In this document: positions 38,165 through 52,536 of the stretch, one piece after another
Numbering within the stretch: the first letter of the stretch is position 1
How the letters are laid out: every line of letters begins with the position of its first letter
Origin: Podarcis vaucheri
Taxonomy: Eukaryota
Assembly: GCA_965113315.1 (NCBI GenBank)
Contig: OZ220366.1
Strand: one strand, 5' to 3'
Length of the DNA: 64,000 bases
Notes under the pieces: model-generated
What the model saw: the letters and a program-made list of their open reading frames with translations, nothing else
The model's database searches: none
What the model was told of the DNA's origin: nothing
Program-made: the position numbers and the translations under genes

Positions 38165-39620
38165 CCTTTGGGGAAGGATGAATGCTCTCAAAATGAATAA
38201 AATTCCCAGATTTATTTATATTCTGAGAGGATTCCCACCTTTTATAAAAAGATCATATTTCCAAAAGTTAATCTCTCTGTTTAGGAAATATTTTTGGGGA
38301 TCAACAACACCTAGAATATCCTTGCAAAGAATGAAGTTACAAATTAAAGAAGGTGGTTTTGGAATTCCGAATTTGGAACTATATCACTCTGCCTATTTAT
38401 TGACAAGTACTAAATATTGGAAACCCACTGTTGGTCTTAATTTTCTGATGTGGGCAACCCTAGAATATACACACCTTTAGTTGGTTAGACAATAGTAGGA
38501 TCAAAATATTTGAAATCCCAGTTGACTCTGGAAACAACTAAGTCAGTTAGAAGGATATGGAATATATTGTCTATCAAAAACAAATTTGATTCATTCTCAC
38601 ATGCCAAACTTACTTTGTGGGGAAATCCTACTCTAAAAATTTGGGGGAGGATATAGTGACATGGAAAAATTGGACAGAAGCAGGTGTGTTGACTTTGGAC
38701 CAACTAATAGATGAGGAAGATGAATTTTACACCAATGATGTTTTAATATCCTCTATCAGATGCAACTCAATGGCAATATCTTCAGTTACAACCTCTAGTA
38801 AGTGAGTTTGGGCCAGCAGCCCTCTCAGCTTTTGAGACACCTGAGATATTGGAACAATTTGATAACTCATTTGAAACTTAAAAGCCAGTGGTTACTTATT
38901 TATAGATATTTATTAATGATCACTAAGTTGCATAAGTAGTCTAAGAAATGGCTGGAATAAAGAATTGTAACTTTCAATATTACCTAGACAGTGGGAAAGG
39001 TATCAATGGACCTTAAATTAAGACTTACACAGCAAAAAATAATGATCAGCATTTATTGGACTCCTTTACGTTTGTATAAAAAAGGACTAAGGTAGCTCTA
39101 TGCTGGAGATGTGGTAAGGACAGTGCCTCTTTGAAACACATGTTCATACAACGTTCTAAACTAAATTTTGGCAGAAAGTGCTGGACTGTGTAAGTCCAGT
39201 GAAGCACCTACTATATAGAAGTTAACAATGGGACAATGAAAAAGGATTATATGGACCCTAATGGTGGCCAAGAGACTGATACTGATGAAAGGAAGCAATA
39301 AAGATACAATCCCCTTAAATCAATGAATTGACAATATGACAACACTCACAACTTATGAACGGACTGCTTATATATGTAGACTTTGCTTGGATAAATATGA
39401 CATTTGGAATGAGTTTATACAGAATGTAGTAGGTTATTAATATCTACATATGCATTAGGATAATAACATCATATTTATTTATGTAAGAATGTATGGGGGT
39501 ATATTACATTGTATTTTTTTCTGAACCTTTTTTCTTTCCTTATTTTTCTTTTTTCTGTATCACTTTATCTCTTTATAACTGAAATTCTTTCAATAAAATA
39601 TTATTACCAAAAATCAAAAG
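38165..39620 (+). mobile_element. L1-clade LINE, 5'-truncated and decayed (antisense to ROBO2)
   Basis: LWGRMNALKMNKIPRFIYIL...FWG...PRIS...EGGFGIPNLELYH (post-RT L1 motifs); CWRC..H knuckle remnant near 39101; AATAAA at 39592-39597 and A-rich tail. Confidence 0.88.
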
Positions 39621-40620
39621 AACAAAGTACAAAGTACATCTTGTTTGGTGCTTCTACTATAAATGCTAATACTAATACAAATCTACCACACAAATAGACA
39701 AAAATCACCAATGCCAACAAGAACATATTTCACACAGTTTAAATAAAAATGCTACCTTTATCCTAGCAATCGCCTGATATTCTGATAATTTTATGTCACA
39801 TAAACATCTCACATAAGTCAAAATCTATTCCAAGGTACACATTGAAAATCCTCTCCGCTTAATTCTTTCTTTACAATTAGGTTCTTAACCTTGGCTGGAT
39901 AATGCACATAATCAATAGAGGAAACAGATAAAAAAATAAACCCCAACCCACATTATATATCTATTCGTGTTGGGTATCATATATCTATCTATGATACCCT
40001 AAAGTCAATTCTACTATACTATACAAATAGTAAAATTCTTCCTTAATTTGCTTTCATGAATAGGTTCTCCCTCAGTGCAAACAGTGGTTATCAAAAACAC
40101 CATAGATACCTTCAGTGCCAACTTTTAAAAAAGCTACTCCTTACGTATTGTCACATGCCACACGCACAATGTACGGACTATGGTATGAGCATATGAAGGC
40201 TCTGAAATTTCCAACAATACATGGGAAAACTTGACAAGATGTCTTGATAAAAAGAAATAAATAGGCAGTGATGTATATATAAAATGACAGCTATATTTTG
40301 ACATTAGGCGCAACAAAACCAAATTCAAAAGGACATTATACTTGAAGGATAGATTAAGCTTCTTCCATGGTAGCACCATTCATGAACCACAACGTATCTT
40401 AGTGCCAATTGCACATTATGTATGGCCGCTGCACTGAATACATGTGCATATAAAAGATTAAGAAACAGGAACATGTCTTTTCAGCATTCCACATACTTTA
40501 TGAGTAATTCAAATTTAACAGATTAAAGTATATAGGAATGCTTAATGGAAAATGTCCTTATTTCTATTGTGAATCAAGGTAACTACACATTATCTCATGA
40601 CATTAAGATAGTGTAGGGGT

Positions 40621-41000
<380 letters not shown>

Positions 41001-41143
41001 TTAAACTCACTAGCTTCTCTAAAGCATTTCTACACTAGAAATAAAACAGATGCTTTCAAGAATATTTTAGGCTGAAAATCTGGCCTGCAAACACTTTCAT
41101 GGGAGTAAGTACCACAGAATTCAACATGTCTAACACCTGAATA

Positions 41144-41359
41144 CAGTTGTACCTCGTTCTGCAGCCGGGATCTGTTCCGGAGCCCCGGCTGCTAGCCGAA
41201 AAGGACGCAGGGCAAAGTACCATGTCTGCGCGCGGAGTGGTTTGCACTTCTGCACATGCGGCAAACCCGGAAGTACCCCATTCTGGTACTTCCGGGTTTG
41301 CCACAGATGTTCACTGGAATGGACACAAGACAAGGCGGACATTTGCAGAGGTATTACTG
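41144..41359. mobile_element. Tc1/mariner-type MITE (family D) nested in a family C element
   Basis: TA TSD on both sides; TIR CAGTTGTACCTC vs CAGTAATACCTC; internal 18-bp perfect hairpin at 41260-41302. Confidence 0.8.
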
Positions 41360-42816
41360 TAGCTGTGCTCAGGACTGCACTTATTTGCCACATTGATACA
41401 GTCATACACAAATACCTCAAGGTCAGAAAGTTGCTCAAAGGTATAAAGGAGTGCAGCTGGCACTGAACTCAAAACAACAAATTTGTGTATATATTTGGGA
41501 ATAGGGAAAACTACATACAAAGCAAACAATCACTAGGTGAAACCAGCTTTCCCCAGCAACCCTCTTTATAGTCTATTTCGTCACATATCCCTGTAATTAA
41601 TACATGATAGAAACTAGACAGCAACTTCATAGCAGTCTTTCCCAAATATCAGAGACTAGGAATAAGTGGTGGTCTCAGATACTACTATCTGAGGGGCATG
41701 TCCACTTCTAAGAAATATTTGGTTTCTAGTATTGGTTTTCTGAATAATGCTAGTAATATTTTAAGTGACTTCAATTAAGAATCACATTTTTTATTGATAT
41801 TTGAAATATGTATTGCTCATATATCCTTGCGGACTATGGCCTAGCCTAATCAAGCTTATTGTAAGGTGCGTTAACTTGAAATGCACACCCTAGCTGTTGC
41901 TAACCAACTCTCTATCGAGACTCTTATTTTGAGAGGAAAATTGCAGTACTGTTATCACACTTTTGCAGGATACTAAAAAAAAAACCCACCACACTCATTT
42001 GCTATACAAGCAAGAATCTGCACCTATACACAAAAGCAGTAAGATTTCACATGAAAGGCAAAAATAAATTGTTAGGTTTTAACACTTATTTATAGCTTAC
42101 TCTTGCAGCCTGAAATGTAAACTGTTTTCATTGCATATTTCATTTATGAAAACTCAAACACATTATTTTTTGTTAAATGTATACTGAAAAGGCATTGCAA
42201 GTGGCTGTGCATTTTGCCAATTCAAATACTTAACCTGTATCAGAGAGAAAAGGTAACCATTTTATTCATTCTAATAAACTGCTTTTAAAAACCTTCGTGC
42301 CTTTCCAATTTATTTGATAAAACTTTGGTTTATTAAGCTTCTTTACTGGTAACATCTTCTGGAAATCAGAGATCTATTACATCTTAACAGCAATAACAAA
42401 AAGCAAGTTAATATGACCATAACTTCACATATTTTTCTAAAATATACGGTAATTAGATTCAATGATACTTAATCACAAGGGCAGATTGGCTCAAACATCT
42501 AGAAATTGACTTAAGGCATGCCCACTTGTCGCATCAAGGCTAAAATTAATGTTTTCTGAGTGGCTATAACAGTTTTGGGAGAAATAGTACTTATTTATTT
42601 ATACCAATTCTAGACAACCCAGTCACCAAAGTTCCCTGGGCTGATTACTAATATTTGTGCAACCCATACAGCATCATAAAAAATCTTAGAGCTATATGAG
42701 AACTGATATTGCATGTTTAGAGTAGTTGTTACAGTTGAAAAATGCTGCCAGTCTGCTCAATACAAATATACCTTTTCTTCTCATAGGTTGAGTTCTGAAA
42801 AACCAACCTACACTGG

Positions 42817-43059
42817 TGTAATGAACTGGCAGGACAACAGCGAGGAGGAAGGGGATCTTAGTGAGCTGGGACTAGGGCACACCAGGGCAAGCAGGGGGTG
42901 GGGAAGGAAGTTCTCACAGGGTGGTGGAGCATGGCAAGGAGAACCAGAGCAGCGACACGCATCACCAGAGCCAGTGGGCACACAGTGTCCCACGAACATA
43001 GCAGGCTCTAAGGTACAGGGAGCAGCAAATTTGCATGTGCGAGAGAGGCCCTACTAACA
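42817..43059 (+). mobile_element. Possible internally deleted LTR fragment
   Basis: GC- and purine-rich block starting TGTAATG and ending TAACA; no clean TSD. Confidence 0.35.
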
Positions 43060-43487
43060 TACACACTTCATTCAAACGTCAACTCATTAATGCAGAAGTT
43101 CATCAACTGAATGTTGTTACAAATTAAAAATGTGAATCTCTCCATCCCTATCTTCATGTAAACACTTTTACTGATAAGAGCCTTCTGCCATGCCAACTCT
43201 TTCCTTCCTGCTTCAAATCTGAGAAAAAAATAAACTTGAAGATGCCTTTTTGTTCCATTTTGTATCCAAAGGTAGCAGATGGCTTGCCTTGAGGGCGAAA
43301 CTACTATGTTTTCCTTCCAACAATAAAAACCACATGCAACCAAAGTAGACAGTTTTCACTTGAAATCAACATCAACATATCTTTCAAATATGCATCTTTC
43401 ACACTGATGATCCACGCTGAACTGGAGTGTTTTGGTTTTGTTGTGTATGTTTGTTGCCCTGTTTTAGTAATGTAGCAGGATATAGTT

Positions 43488-43560
43488 AAGCTGTAAACCT
43501 ATACCCACTTACCTGGCAGTAAATCCTATTGAACTCAATGTGACAAACTTCTTAGTAGAC
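43488..43560. mobile_element. Family C palindromic element fragment
   Basis: gctgtaaacctatacccacttacctggcagtaaatcctattgaactcaatg, the inverse orientation of the 23128 copy. Confidence 0.55.
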
Positions 43561-43712
43561 TACTTAATAGTGATGTAGATAGTGATGGCCTATAGTCATT
43601 AGTGGCAGGTGAGCTGTTCAGTTCAGGCAGGGAACTGGTGGGACAACTACCATAGTCACCCTGTCAATCTGCTTTCCGGCACACTTAATAGGTGGCACTG
43701 ACAGGAACAGGT

Positions 43713-43718
43713 ATAATA

Positions 43719-43753
<35 letters not shown>
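43713..43753. repeat. (ATA)n microsatellite
   Basis: Directly visible; source of the poly-Ile run in spurious ORF 43618-43845. Confidence 0.95.
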
Positions 43754-46700
43754 GGTTCCTTTATTTTTATTCTAACACCAGTTATGTTACAGCAGCTAGT
43801 ACTGTGGAACCAAGTGCCAACCCAACTGCCTCCAGCCATACTCATCTGCTGCTAACTTTGTTTTCCAGAGTGGAAACCACTCTGGAGAAATTAAGATAGT
43901 GACAGGCACAACTACTATTGTCCTGTAATTCTTGCTAGTGTAAAGCATCTCCTAGGGCTGTTGGGTCCTGAAGTCTCCTGCCCTAATGGAACCACTAACA
44001 GCAGTTCAACTTTAAATAAATGTAAATAACTGATTTTTAAATTAACTGGTAAATCAACACAAGCAGATAGAAAAGTTACCTGAATGGTTCTGTTCAGAAT
44101 GGCACATTCATCATGCACTGACTACAGCATCAAGTGGTGAATTCCACATGTGAAATTTTCATGGATAAAACGTGTGTATTATCCAAAGTCAACTGGAAGT
44201 CTATACTTTTCAAATGCCACACTTCACATGTCCAGATGAAAGACATTAAATAATGGTTATACTTCTGGAAAATATACCTTATGACAGGGAACCAATCAAT
44301 GAAATTCCGACTACCAAGGACACTTATGGAACAGGAATCTACACAGCCAAATCTATTGTGGAAAACTGTAGAGGCAGGGGTGCTAAGTTGCTATCAGCAA
44401 AGTATTGGAGTTATGAGCTGAATATTTTCCCCAACACTGAAAGTCACTATCACAGTAATGCATTTTCTAGTCAAAAGTTACATATTAGTAAAGACAATAG
44501 TTTGCTAGGTAGAAGACAGCATATAGTTCAGGAAGATATAAAGTAACTTTTGAGTATTTGACAGTGCTCAACAATGAGTGCATCTCTAATATGGAGACAC
44601 TACAACTTTACTGTGAATCGTATTTTACACTGAAAATGTCTTACAACAACTCTGATATGCCTAATTAGCTCAGATTACAGATCCCATTCAGTATCTGGCA
44701 GAATGCTCATCTGATGCCACTATTTAAAAATATCATTAGCATTACCAAGAGATTTCTAGATATGGTTCTGAATGTGATTCAGAGAAAACTCTCATGTTTT
44801 AAAAATGTAATGTGGAAAGCAGACTTATAGGGAAAACTGCTTGACAGATGTATTCCAGGTGTTCTATACAAGCTTCCTCTGTGATTTGCTACAGTAAAAC
44901 TGCCTTCACGGGCTGATTCTGTGCTTCCCAGAAAACTCTATGTGGTCATTGTGGGAATCAGAATGCTGAATGATATCACCTTTAATCATTTCTGATGTTG
45001 CTATGATGACAAGCCAATATTGCCAGCTTCCTCAGCAGCCAGGCCCTGGGCTAACAAGTGCTGCATTTCTTTATTCAGTCTGGAACCACCATCTTTCTTC
45101 TTCTCTTTTCACAGTAAAGGTGATTCTTTCTTGCTGATGACGCCCTCCCACCACTGCCTATTCAATATAAACCCAGTTATTTATTATTTTGGCCTGTAAT
45201 GCTCAACTCTTAACACTCATTTCTGCCATCAGGATTAAATGGAATGCCCTTGGGCCTGATGACAGAACACACACACTGATTCACTATGCCAACTCTTGGC
45301 ACTTGTTTAGACAGTACTTACTGATTTTTCCTCAGCTCTCCTGCTTCATTGAGTTACAGTCAAGGTTGGCAGATACCAGGAATGTCACATGTAATAACTT
45401 CAATTTGAAAGCACTAGTATAGTGTCTCACTGGAGTTTTTGATGAATGTTCCAGGTTACAATTTCTATTTCACTAAGCACATCAGATTTCTCTGAAGAAT
45501 GACAATAATCTTACTTATACAGCATGCTATGTATAACATTTATTTTTTCTAAGCCTGGTATCTTGTTTGTTCTGTTCAAAAGGTGGCACCATTTCATACA
45601 TCTTCTAGGTCAATGTTTTTGTCTTAATTTTTTTAATTGACTTAATATCTTTTCTGCTTCCATTAACGTACACCACAATGCCATCACAAAGCAGAAATTG
45701 TATAATGCTTCAGTGTACAGCTATGACAAAGCTTCCTTTAAAAGCTTTTACCCATGGTGTGATTTATTTAATCCATTTTGTTCCACCATGAGCAGCACTG
45801 CACAAGGACACAGGAATGAAAGGTGACAGAATAGGAAAGCAGTCTTCATGTTGTTTACCACCAGGGCAATAAATCTGTGAATAAGATCTAAAAGTAGTAG
45901 TAAAGCGAAAGGGATAGGCTGAGGAAACAGATGGTACCATTTCAGGTCATAAACATTAATTGACTGCATATTTTCAGTAAGCATAATGCATGCTGTCTGT
46001 TTCTGCCCCCAAATAAAATAACAATATTTAAACTTTTCACAATTCACATATGTTGCATGCAACTGAAGCTAAGGGGATCAATGATGGCAGATCATTGTCT
46101 CAAACAAGATTAAGATAGTCCTGCAGGTCTTCAAAAATATGGGAGCACTTTTGACCAATATTCTTTATTTTAACACACTGGCATTATCTTAACCAAATAA
46201 AAGATAATAATTTGAACTTTCAAAAGGTAAAATTTCAGAATTAAAGTAAAGCCATACTATATAATGACAGAGGTCATTATAGTGTCTCAACACTTTTATT
46301 CTCCTTCTCAAGAGCCTGCTTATGATTTATCAATGAAGGAATGTAGTAAAAGATTAGAGAATAGTTCATTTTGCATTGTCCACATTCCATATGTAATTTC
46401 ATTGTGATATGAGCTTAATTCAATATGTATTAATGGGAAAATGAATGACTCTTTATTCACATTGCTCACACATTGGCCAAGTTTACAAGTTGCATTAAAC
46501 CATAGTTCATGCAAGCCTAGCTTATTATGTTGTCCAAACCTAGGCTCACATTTTGTTGCCTCCACACAAACAATGAGTGGAAAACCTTGACTACCATGTG
46601 TGGTTTGCTTGTGGAAAACAAACATTAAGCCTGAGTTTGGAAAACATGAAAAACCAGACTCTGGCTTTTTTTTTATCTGTGGTGCCGCAAAAGGAGAGAT

Positions 46701-46817
46701 GCATCTTGAAAACTTTTGAGAAGAATGCACCATTCAGCTGCTTATTGAAACTCAACCACTCGCATGCAACTGTTCGCCATGTCTATCTTACTCAGGAACA
46801 CTTTGATTGTAAAATGC

Positions 46818-46819
<2 letters not shown>

Positions 46820-46849
<30 letters not shown>
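46820..46849. repeat. (TG)15 microsatellite
   Basis: Directly visible. Confidence 0.97.
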
Positions 46850-46851
<2 letters not shown>

Positions 46852-47793
46852 CATTTTCTAACCACTCAAGCCTCTAAAAAGTGCTGCTCTTTTCAGCACA
46901 CTGTTTTAGCTTGTAGAAAATTTCAAGCAGAAAACTAGTTGACTTTCAAAGCAAAATTTGTGGCTTCTTTTTCAGGGCATGTTTTTACTTTCAAGTGTTC
47001 ACAGTTATCCAACTGGCTGATTCTAAGGCTCTCTAAAAGCAAGTATTTGTCCTGCAGCATGCTGCTTAGATGAAATACTGCATCAGAAAGTCAGCTACGC
47101 TTATGTTAGTCCTAGTCTACAGAATTAGGGCAGACCAGTGCAAACATCAGTCATGAATTTCAGGTGCAGTAAATATAACTCTCCAACAGTGTGTTCATGC
47201 ACATGCACAAATCTTTCTTGCTCCCCCTTCCACCCCTCAGGGAAGAACCTGCCTCTCATCATTAATGTGATTGCTACATCTTGGCCATAAAACAACATAT
47301 CATTCAACTATATACAGTAGAGTATATACAGAACCTTATTAAAATGGTGGAAAGGGGGGTGGTTGTTAGTAGTAGTTCGGGATTGATGTGCTTTAGGGAT
47401 CAAGACAGGACTTCAAATAACTATGCAGCTGGATTTATGAAGAGAAATTTATTGCAAAACAAAGCCTAGTAAATTTCCTCTGTGCCAAAAGCAGTCACAT
47501 GCTTGAAGAAAACTACATGGGTCTAACATAAGAGTCAACAGTAGCTAGTTCAGCTAGAGAGAGGTTCCTGTTTCCTGGCACAATTACAAATACTCAAGCA
47601 GAGAGAGACTAGGGGTGAGATTTCCCCCCCCCATAAGTAACTTAATGAATGAAGTACTAATTAACATTATGGCATTGATAAATGGAGAGAGAGATTAGGG
47701 ATGTACTCGATAGTGAGGCCTTCCCAGATGGACTGTCAAAGCCACATTAATTCCTATCTCATTGGAGCATCTGCTTCTCCCATAATCCACTGC

Positions 47794-47933
47794 NNNNNNN
47801 NNNNNNNNNNNNNNNNNNNNNNNNNNNNNNNNNNNNNNNNNNNNNNNNNNNNNNNNNNNNNNNNNNNNNNNNNNNNNNNNNNNNNNNNNNNNNNNNNNNN
47901 NNNNNNNNNNNNNNNNNNNNNNNNNNNNNNNNN
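47794..47933. other. Assembly gap (140 N)
   Basis: Run of n characters. Confidence 1.
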
Positions 47934-50036
47934 AATTAACTGAGCAGATGCCTCTACAATTGTCTTCCACAGTCAGGCTAATCATGGCCTAGCAGTGGCC
48001 TACAGAATGTTCTCAATAGGAACGTGACTTCCACTGTTGCCCTTCTTGTTACAAACATGGCGATGCATGAAGGCCATTTTGTCCATCACTAATTGGCTAT
48101 CTGCATAATATTTGTTCAGAACAATAACTGAAAGTTAACATGATAGCAGCTCATTTGAAATATGAAAGGGCGCAGCAATCCTTTCATATAAAAACATTGG
48201 AGGACATATGCCCAACTTTATTTTGTTTGTATAACTAAACTAGTTTCTGATCAATATTGATCAGTGTCAGTAAATATTTCCCCTAAAAAATTGTCTTTTA
48301 CACTAGTAGTTCCCAAATATTTTTAACCCCACTTGAAAACTGCTGAGTGTATTGCCTGACCACTTAATGATTTTTCTGCCTGTTGTAGGAACTGTAATGT
48401 GCTCTGCTAGAGCCATATGATTTTTCTGTATTCTTATTGCTACTCTCTCTCTCTCTCTCATTCCCTCTCCCCACCCTCTCTCACACACACATTCTATTTT
48501 GCTTTATTGTGTTACAATTTGAATTCCATAGAATAAATTAAAATAGAAGAAACAAAAGAAGCAATAAAAATACAGTTAAAACTCAGCTATGTCCTCCTGG
48601 TCCTGATTAACCCACAGGTTCAGGGTAATCTGTCAAATTACTTCCTTTTCAAGGCAGTGAGAAATAAAACAGTTTAAAATTTTAGATGTTTGTATGTTAC
48701 ACTTAAAGTCTAAAATGATGGTAATAATGCCTCAAACTTTGGGTGAAAGTCTAAAACACAGAGCATGAATCCACATTCATGGCTCATCACATAACAGTCA
48801 TTTTCAATATTTAGTAATATGCAACCTGCAGTAAGAAATTATTCCAGTAGAAAAATCAATTGTATTATGTTATAATACAATTGTAGCAGTTATACAGGGA
48901 AAAGGTAATCAAGTAATACACAGAAATGAAAATTGTAAAAACAATTTGCAAAATATATTCAGGGGGCAAACACCTAACAAAGGAGGGTTAGCTGTAAGGT
49001 TTTGGAGAAAACTATACTTAGGTTTGATTATATAAAGTTCTGCATTTAAATAGAGAGGAGAATCAGGAAAAGCCAACCCAATCTTCAATATGTTTCACAA
49101 TTTAGGCAATTATTATATAACTAGTGGACACATTATACTGCTATTCTGTCACACTGCTGTGAAAAAACAGTACTTGAATAACCTAATAAATGTTCCATAT
49201 CTTCTCTTATTTTAATGTACAAATAAGTTTTCAATTAAAAAAACAACTAATCTAATCACTTGTAACTTGTAATTTCTCTATACATATTACTGTATGTTCC
49301 CTAACATAAGTTCGATATTTCAAGTTCTTACCTTTAAGGGGTGAACACTTTCTAACACACAGCAGAACTGTACATGTTTCCAAAGCAAAGGCTTGCACCC
49401 AACACTGTGCAAATGGAATTGCACTCATGCAATGTGGCTTTCCCTTCTTAGCGTCTCCCCGCAAAGTATCCCACCCAAAAAAATTTCTCCAGAGAGCTAC
49501 AGGTGAAAGGAAATGGAAGTTCAGTTATGCAAGTGGAAGTCTGCTGCATAAGCAGAACAGCAGCATTGACTACAACTCTATGACTTCATTTTCTGGTTCT
49601 TTCTGTTATATTGTTGAAACTTTCACTGCAATGCCACTGAATGTACATTAAGTTTTGCTCACATGGAAAAGAGCCATGCACAACATTCCACAAAGGGAGA
49701 CACACACATATGTGCTCCAATCCATGCAATCACAAAATCAATGCTGAATATTTCAGATTACTCAGCCCTTCACATGATTCCTGTGAGCATTTACATGTCC
49801 TTATCTCTCTTTTGCACAGTTGGAATAGTACACTTGCATCAAGCCCTTTCTTTTTATATATAAAAAAGAACACTTGCTTATCCTATGCATTTGAAAACTT
49901 ATTTATGATTTGCTATTTTCAAGCGCACAATAAATACAGTTTTTAACACATCGTGCCCTTGTGGTAATGATAAATCCCTAGGATAATGTGCTGAAAGGAG
50001 AATAACATTTTTTTAAAGCAACTGAATGCCTGTTTC

Positions 50037-50063
50037 TTCCTTCCTTCCTTCCTTCCTTCCTTC
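50037..50063. repeat. (TTCC)n microsatellite
   Basis: Directly visible. Confidence 0.9.
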
Positions 50064-50179
50064 TTTCGCATTCAGAGTTGTCAAATGCTTGTGGGCTTTC
50101 CTCAATCACCACTTGCTCTGTGTGCCTGCAATGACAGGTGGTCTAGATTTTTCACTTAGAAAATCTGGTCACCCTATGT

Positions 50180-50400
50180 TTGTAACACCTCTCTACTTAG
50201 TGTCATCTGTGAATTTAATTAGCATGCAGTTTACCCGCTTGTGGAGATTATTAATGAAGATGTTATATAAAACAGAGCCCAAACAAAATCCCTATATCAA
50301 ACCAACTGACATCTTTCTCCAAATGTGTATATTGCTGCCTATCACTACCCTCTATTTATAGCTTTCCACCAGCTACTTATCAGTCCATGTGATAATGCAC
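50180..50400 (-). mobile_element. Ancient CR1 reverse-transcriptase fragment
   Basis: Minus strand atgctaattaaattcacagatgacactaag = MLIKFTDDTK, matching the CR1 catalytic motif KFADDTK. Confidence 0.7.
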
Positions 50401-51397
50401 AATTTGCATTAATTATTCAAGTGTATTTGTGTGGTACATTGCATCAAGTTGTGAGAGGAACAATATCTAGCCTATTCATGCCCCTTAAAAAAAATAATAA
50501 AGCCTAGCCTAACTGCTCAGATTTTGCCCCATTAAATCTTTCCCTTCTTGATTATTTATGTCCACCTATTATTTTCCACCAGAAAATGTAATGTAGTCAA
50601 CCTCATTGCTGAGCAAGGGTATGAATACCCACATCACTACACCAGGTATTTGTAGTGAAACCACACAGGAGGAATCTAGCAAAGAATGGTGGAATTGTTA
50701 GATAAATGGAGATGGGGATAGGTTTAATATATTTAACAGTTGTCCAAATGGATTTTGAAATGAAGCATGAGGAACAGAAGGCAATAGCTTAGGGGGAATG
50801 GAAAATAGATGCTTTTTTTACTCATTAAATGCGATAGTGCAGACCAGAGATAAAGGGTACCATTTTCCTCTTTCCCTATCACACTAGTATATAAGCCTTA
50901 AATACTCGCCTTCACCAAGGGTCACTTCACACATTACAATTTTTTTGACACAGATTCTCAGTGTTGGTAATGCATAGCACATCAGTACTCCAGTCTACGT
51001 AGTCACTGTGTGTAAAACACTTCTCTCATACTTCATAGAATTATAAGAAACATTATTTTTTCTCTTTGTTCTAAACTTGTAATCTGCAAAGCTACCCTCA
51101 AATCATACATGTCATAGAATTAAACTCATTCACCCGATATGTCCCAAGTCAATCACTGAAATTATCTGAGAGCAGTATTAGTGGTCTCCCAAGGACCAGA
51201 ACCATGATTCCTGACAATGAGTCATGCCTTCAGCATAGAAGGGTCAACTCCTTCCCATTAGAAATTAGGATAGCACCATCCCTACTTAGTTTCAGACAAC
51301 AGGTTAAAATGCTGCTGTAATATTTGAATTTCTGATGTTTTAATCAACATCGTAAGACCACCAATCCTAGCTGAATGACACAGGCCGCAAATTAGTT

Positions 51398-51660
51398 TAG
51401 TATCTGACCCTGCCAGGAGCAGTCAGAGCAGTCTGGCCTCCCAGCAGCAGGGATAGTGGCACTTACCAGGAGGGAAGGGCAGAAGGAAGACAGTGGGAAA
51501 GTTGGCGTTTTTCAGGTGCATTGGGAGCACTGGACTGGCTCCACCAATGTGCCCACAAGCACTGACTTCTCACACTTTACCCCTCCAAGTAAACATCAGC
51601 AACTCCACTGCCGGGAGGCAAGGGGTGAGTGCTGCCCTCCTCAGTCCTGGATCCAATACT
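51398..51660. mobile_element. Decayed foldback element, probably related to 28715-28941
   Basis: Inverted arms gcctcccagcag / ctgccgggaggc; right end gtgctgccc...ctggatccaatact resembles gtgctgcccctctctgacc of the 28.7-kb element. Confidence 0.45.
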
Positions 51661-52312
51661 ATCTGAAAATCTATGAGAGCTACAGTACTGTTCTGCATGC
51701 ATATTCATAGTTAAAATAAGTTAACATAATTTTGTTGGGTCTTCAGACTAATCTGCAGAAATATTGTAAAATACAACATTACAATTTTACAACTCTTTCT
51801 ATTTTGCAGTAAGCTAGATCCAAGAACATATATGTACACGCACCTGTCATCATATCCACATGATCTATACACCATTTGGATGCTGCCACTGCTAAAGAAA
51901 CAGCCAGACAGTAATTTCAGAGTGACAACCGAAAACATTAATGCACTGAAAAATAAAGAAAACTTTAAAAACTTCATATGCAGCAGTCCATTTTTCTTAT
52001 CCTTTTTTTACGATGTCTTCATTAGTAACTCCTCTGTGTAAAGTTAATCCCTTTTAGCTTTTTAGGGCTTAGCACAGCTTCCGTTCTCTATGCTTGCCAA
52101 TATGTTCTACAGGTGATACAGTAGCTGCCAGTAAGGGATATGATTTTATTAAATCTTTGTGCCTATAAATGACTACAACAAAATTAAGTATAGCTGCCAG
52201 TTCAAACCAAAAAGTAGACTGTTTATATCTTATTTGTAATACCAACATTAGCAGAATTGTTGGTAACTTTGTAATAGCTGAAATTTCCTTGCATGAAACT
52301 TTGTCCACAACA

Positions 52313-52536
52313 ACCTCGGGTTAAGTACCGTACTTAATTCGTTCTGGAGGTCCGTTCTTAACCTGAAACTGTTCTTAACCTGAAGCACCACTTTAGGTAA
52401 TGAGGCCTCCTGCTGCCACTGCGCCGCCAGAGCACAATTTCTGTTCTCATCCTGAAGCAAAGTTCTTAACCCGAGGTACTATTTCTGGGTTAGAGGAGTC
52501 TGTAACCTGAAGCATATGTAACCTGAGGTACCACTG
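52313..52536 (-). mobile_element. Tc1/mariner-type MITE, family A copy 3 (inverted relative to the other copies)
   Basis: Reverse complement of the family A sequence; left TIR truncated by about 7 bp; 5-bp internal duplication. Confidence 0.92.
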
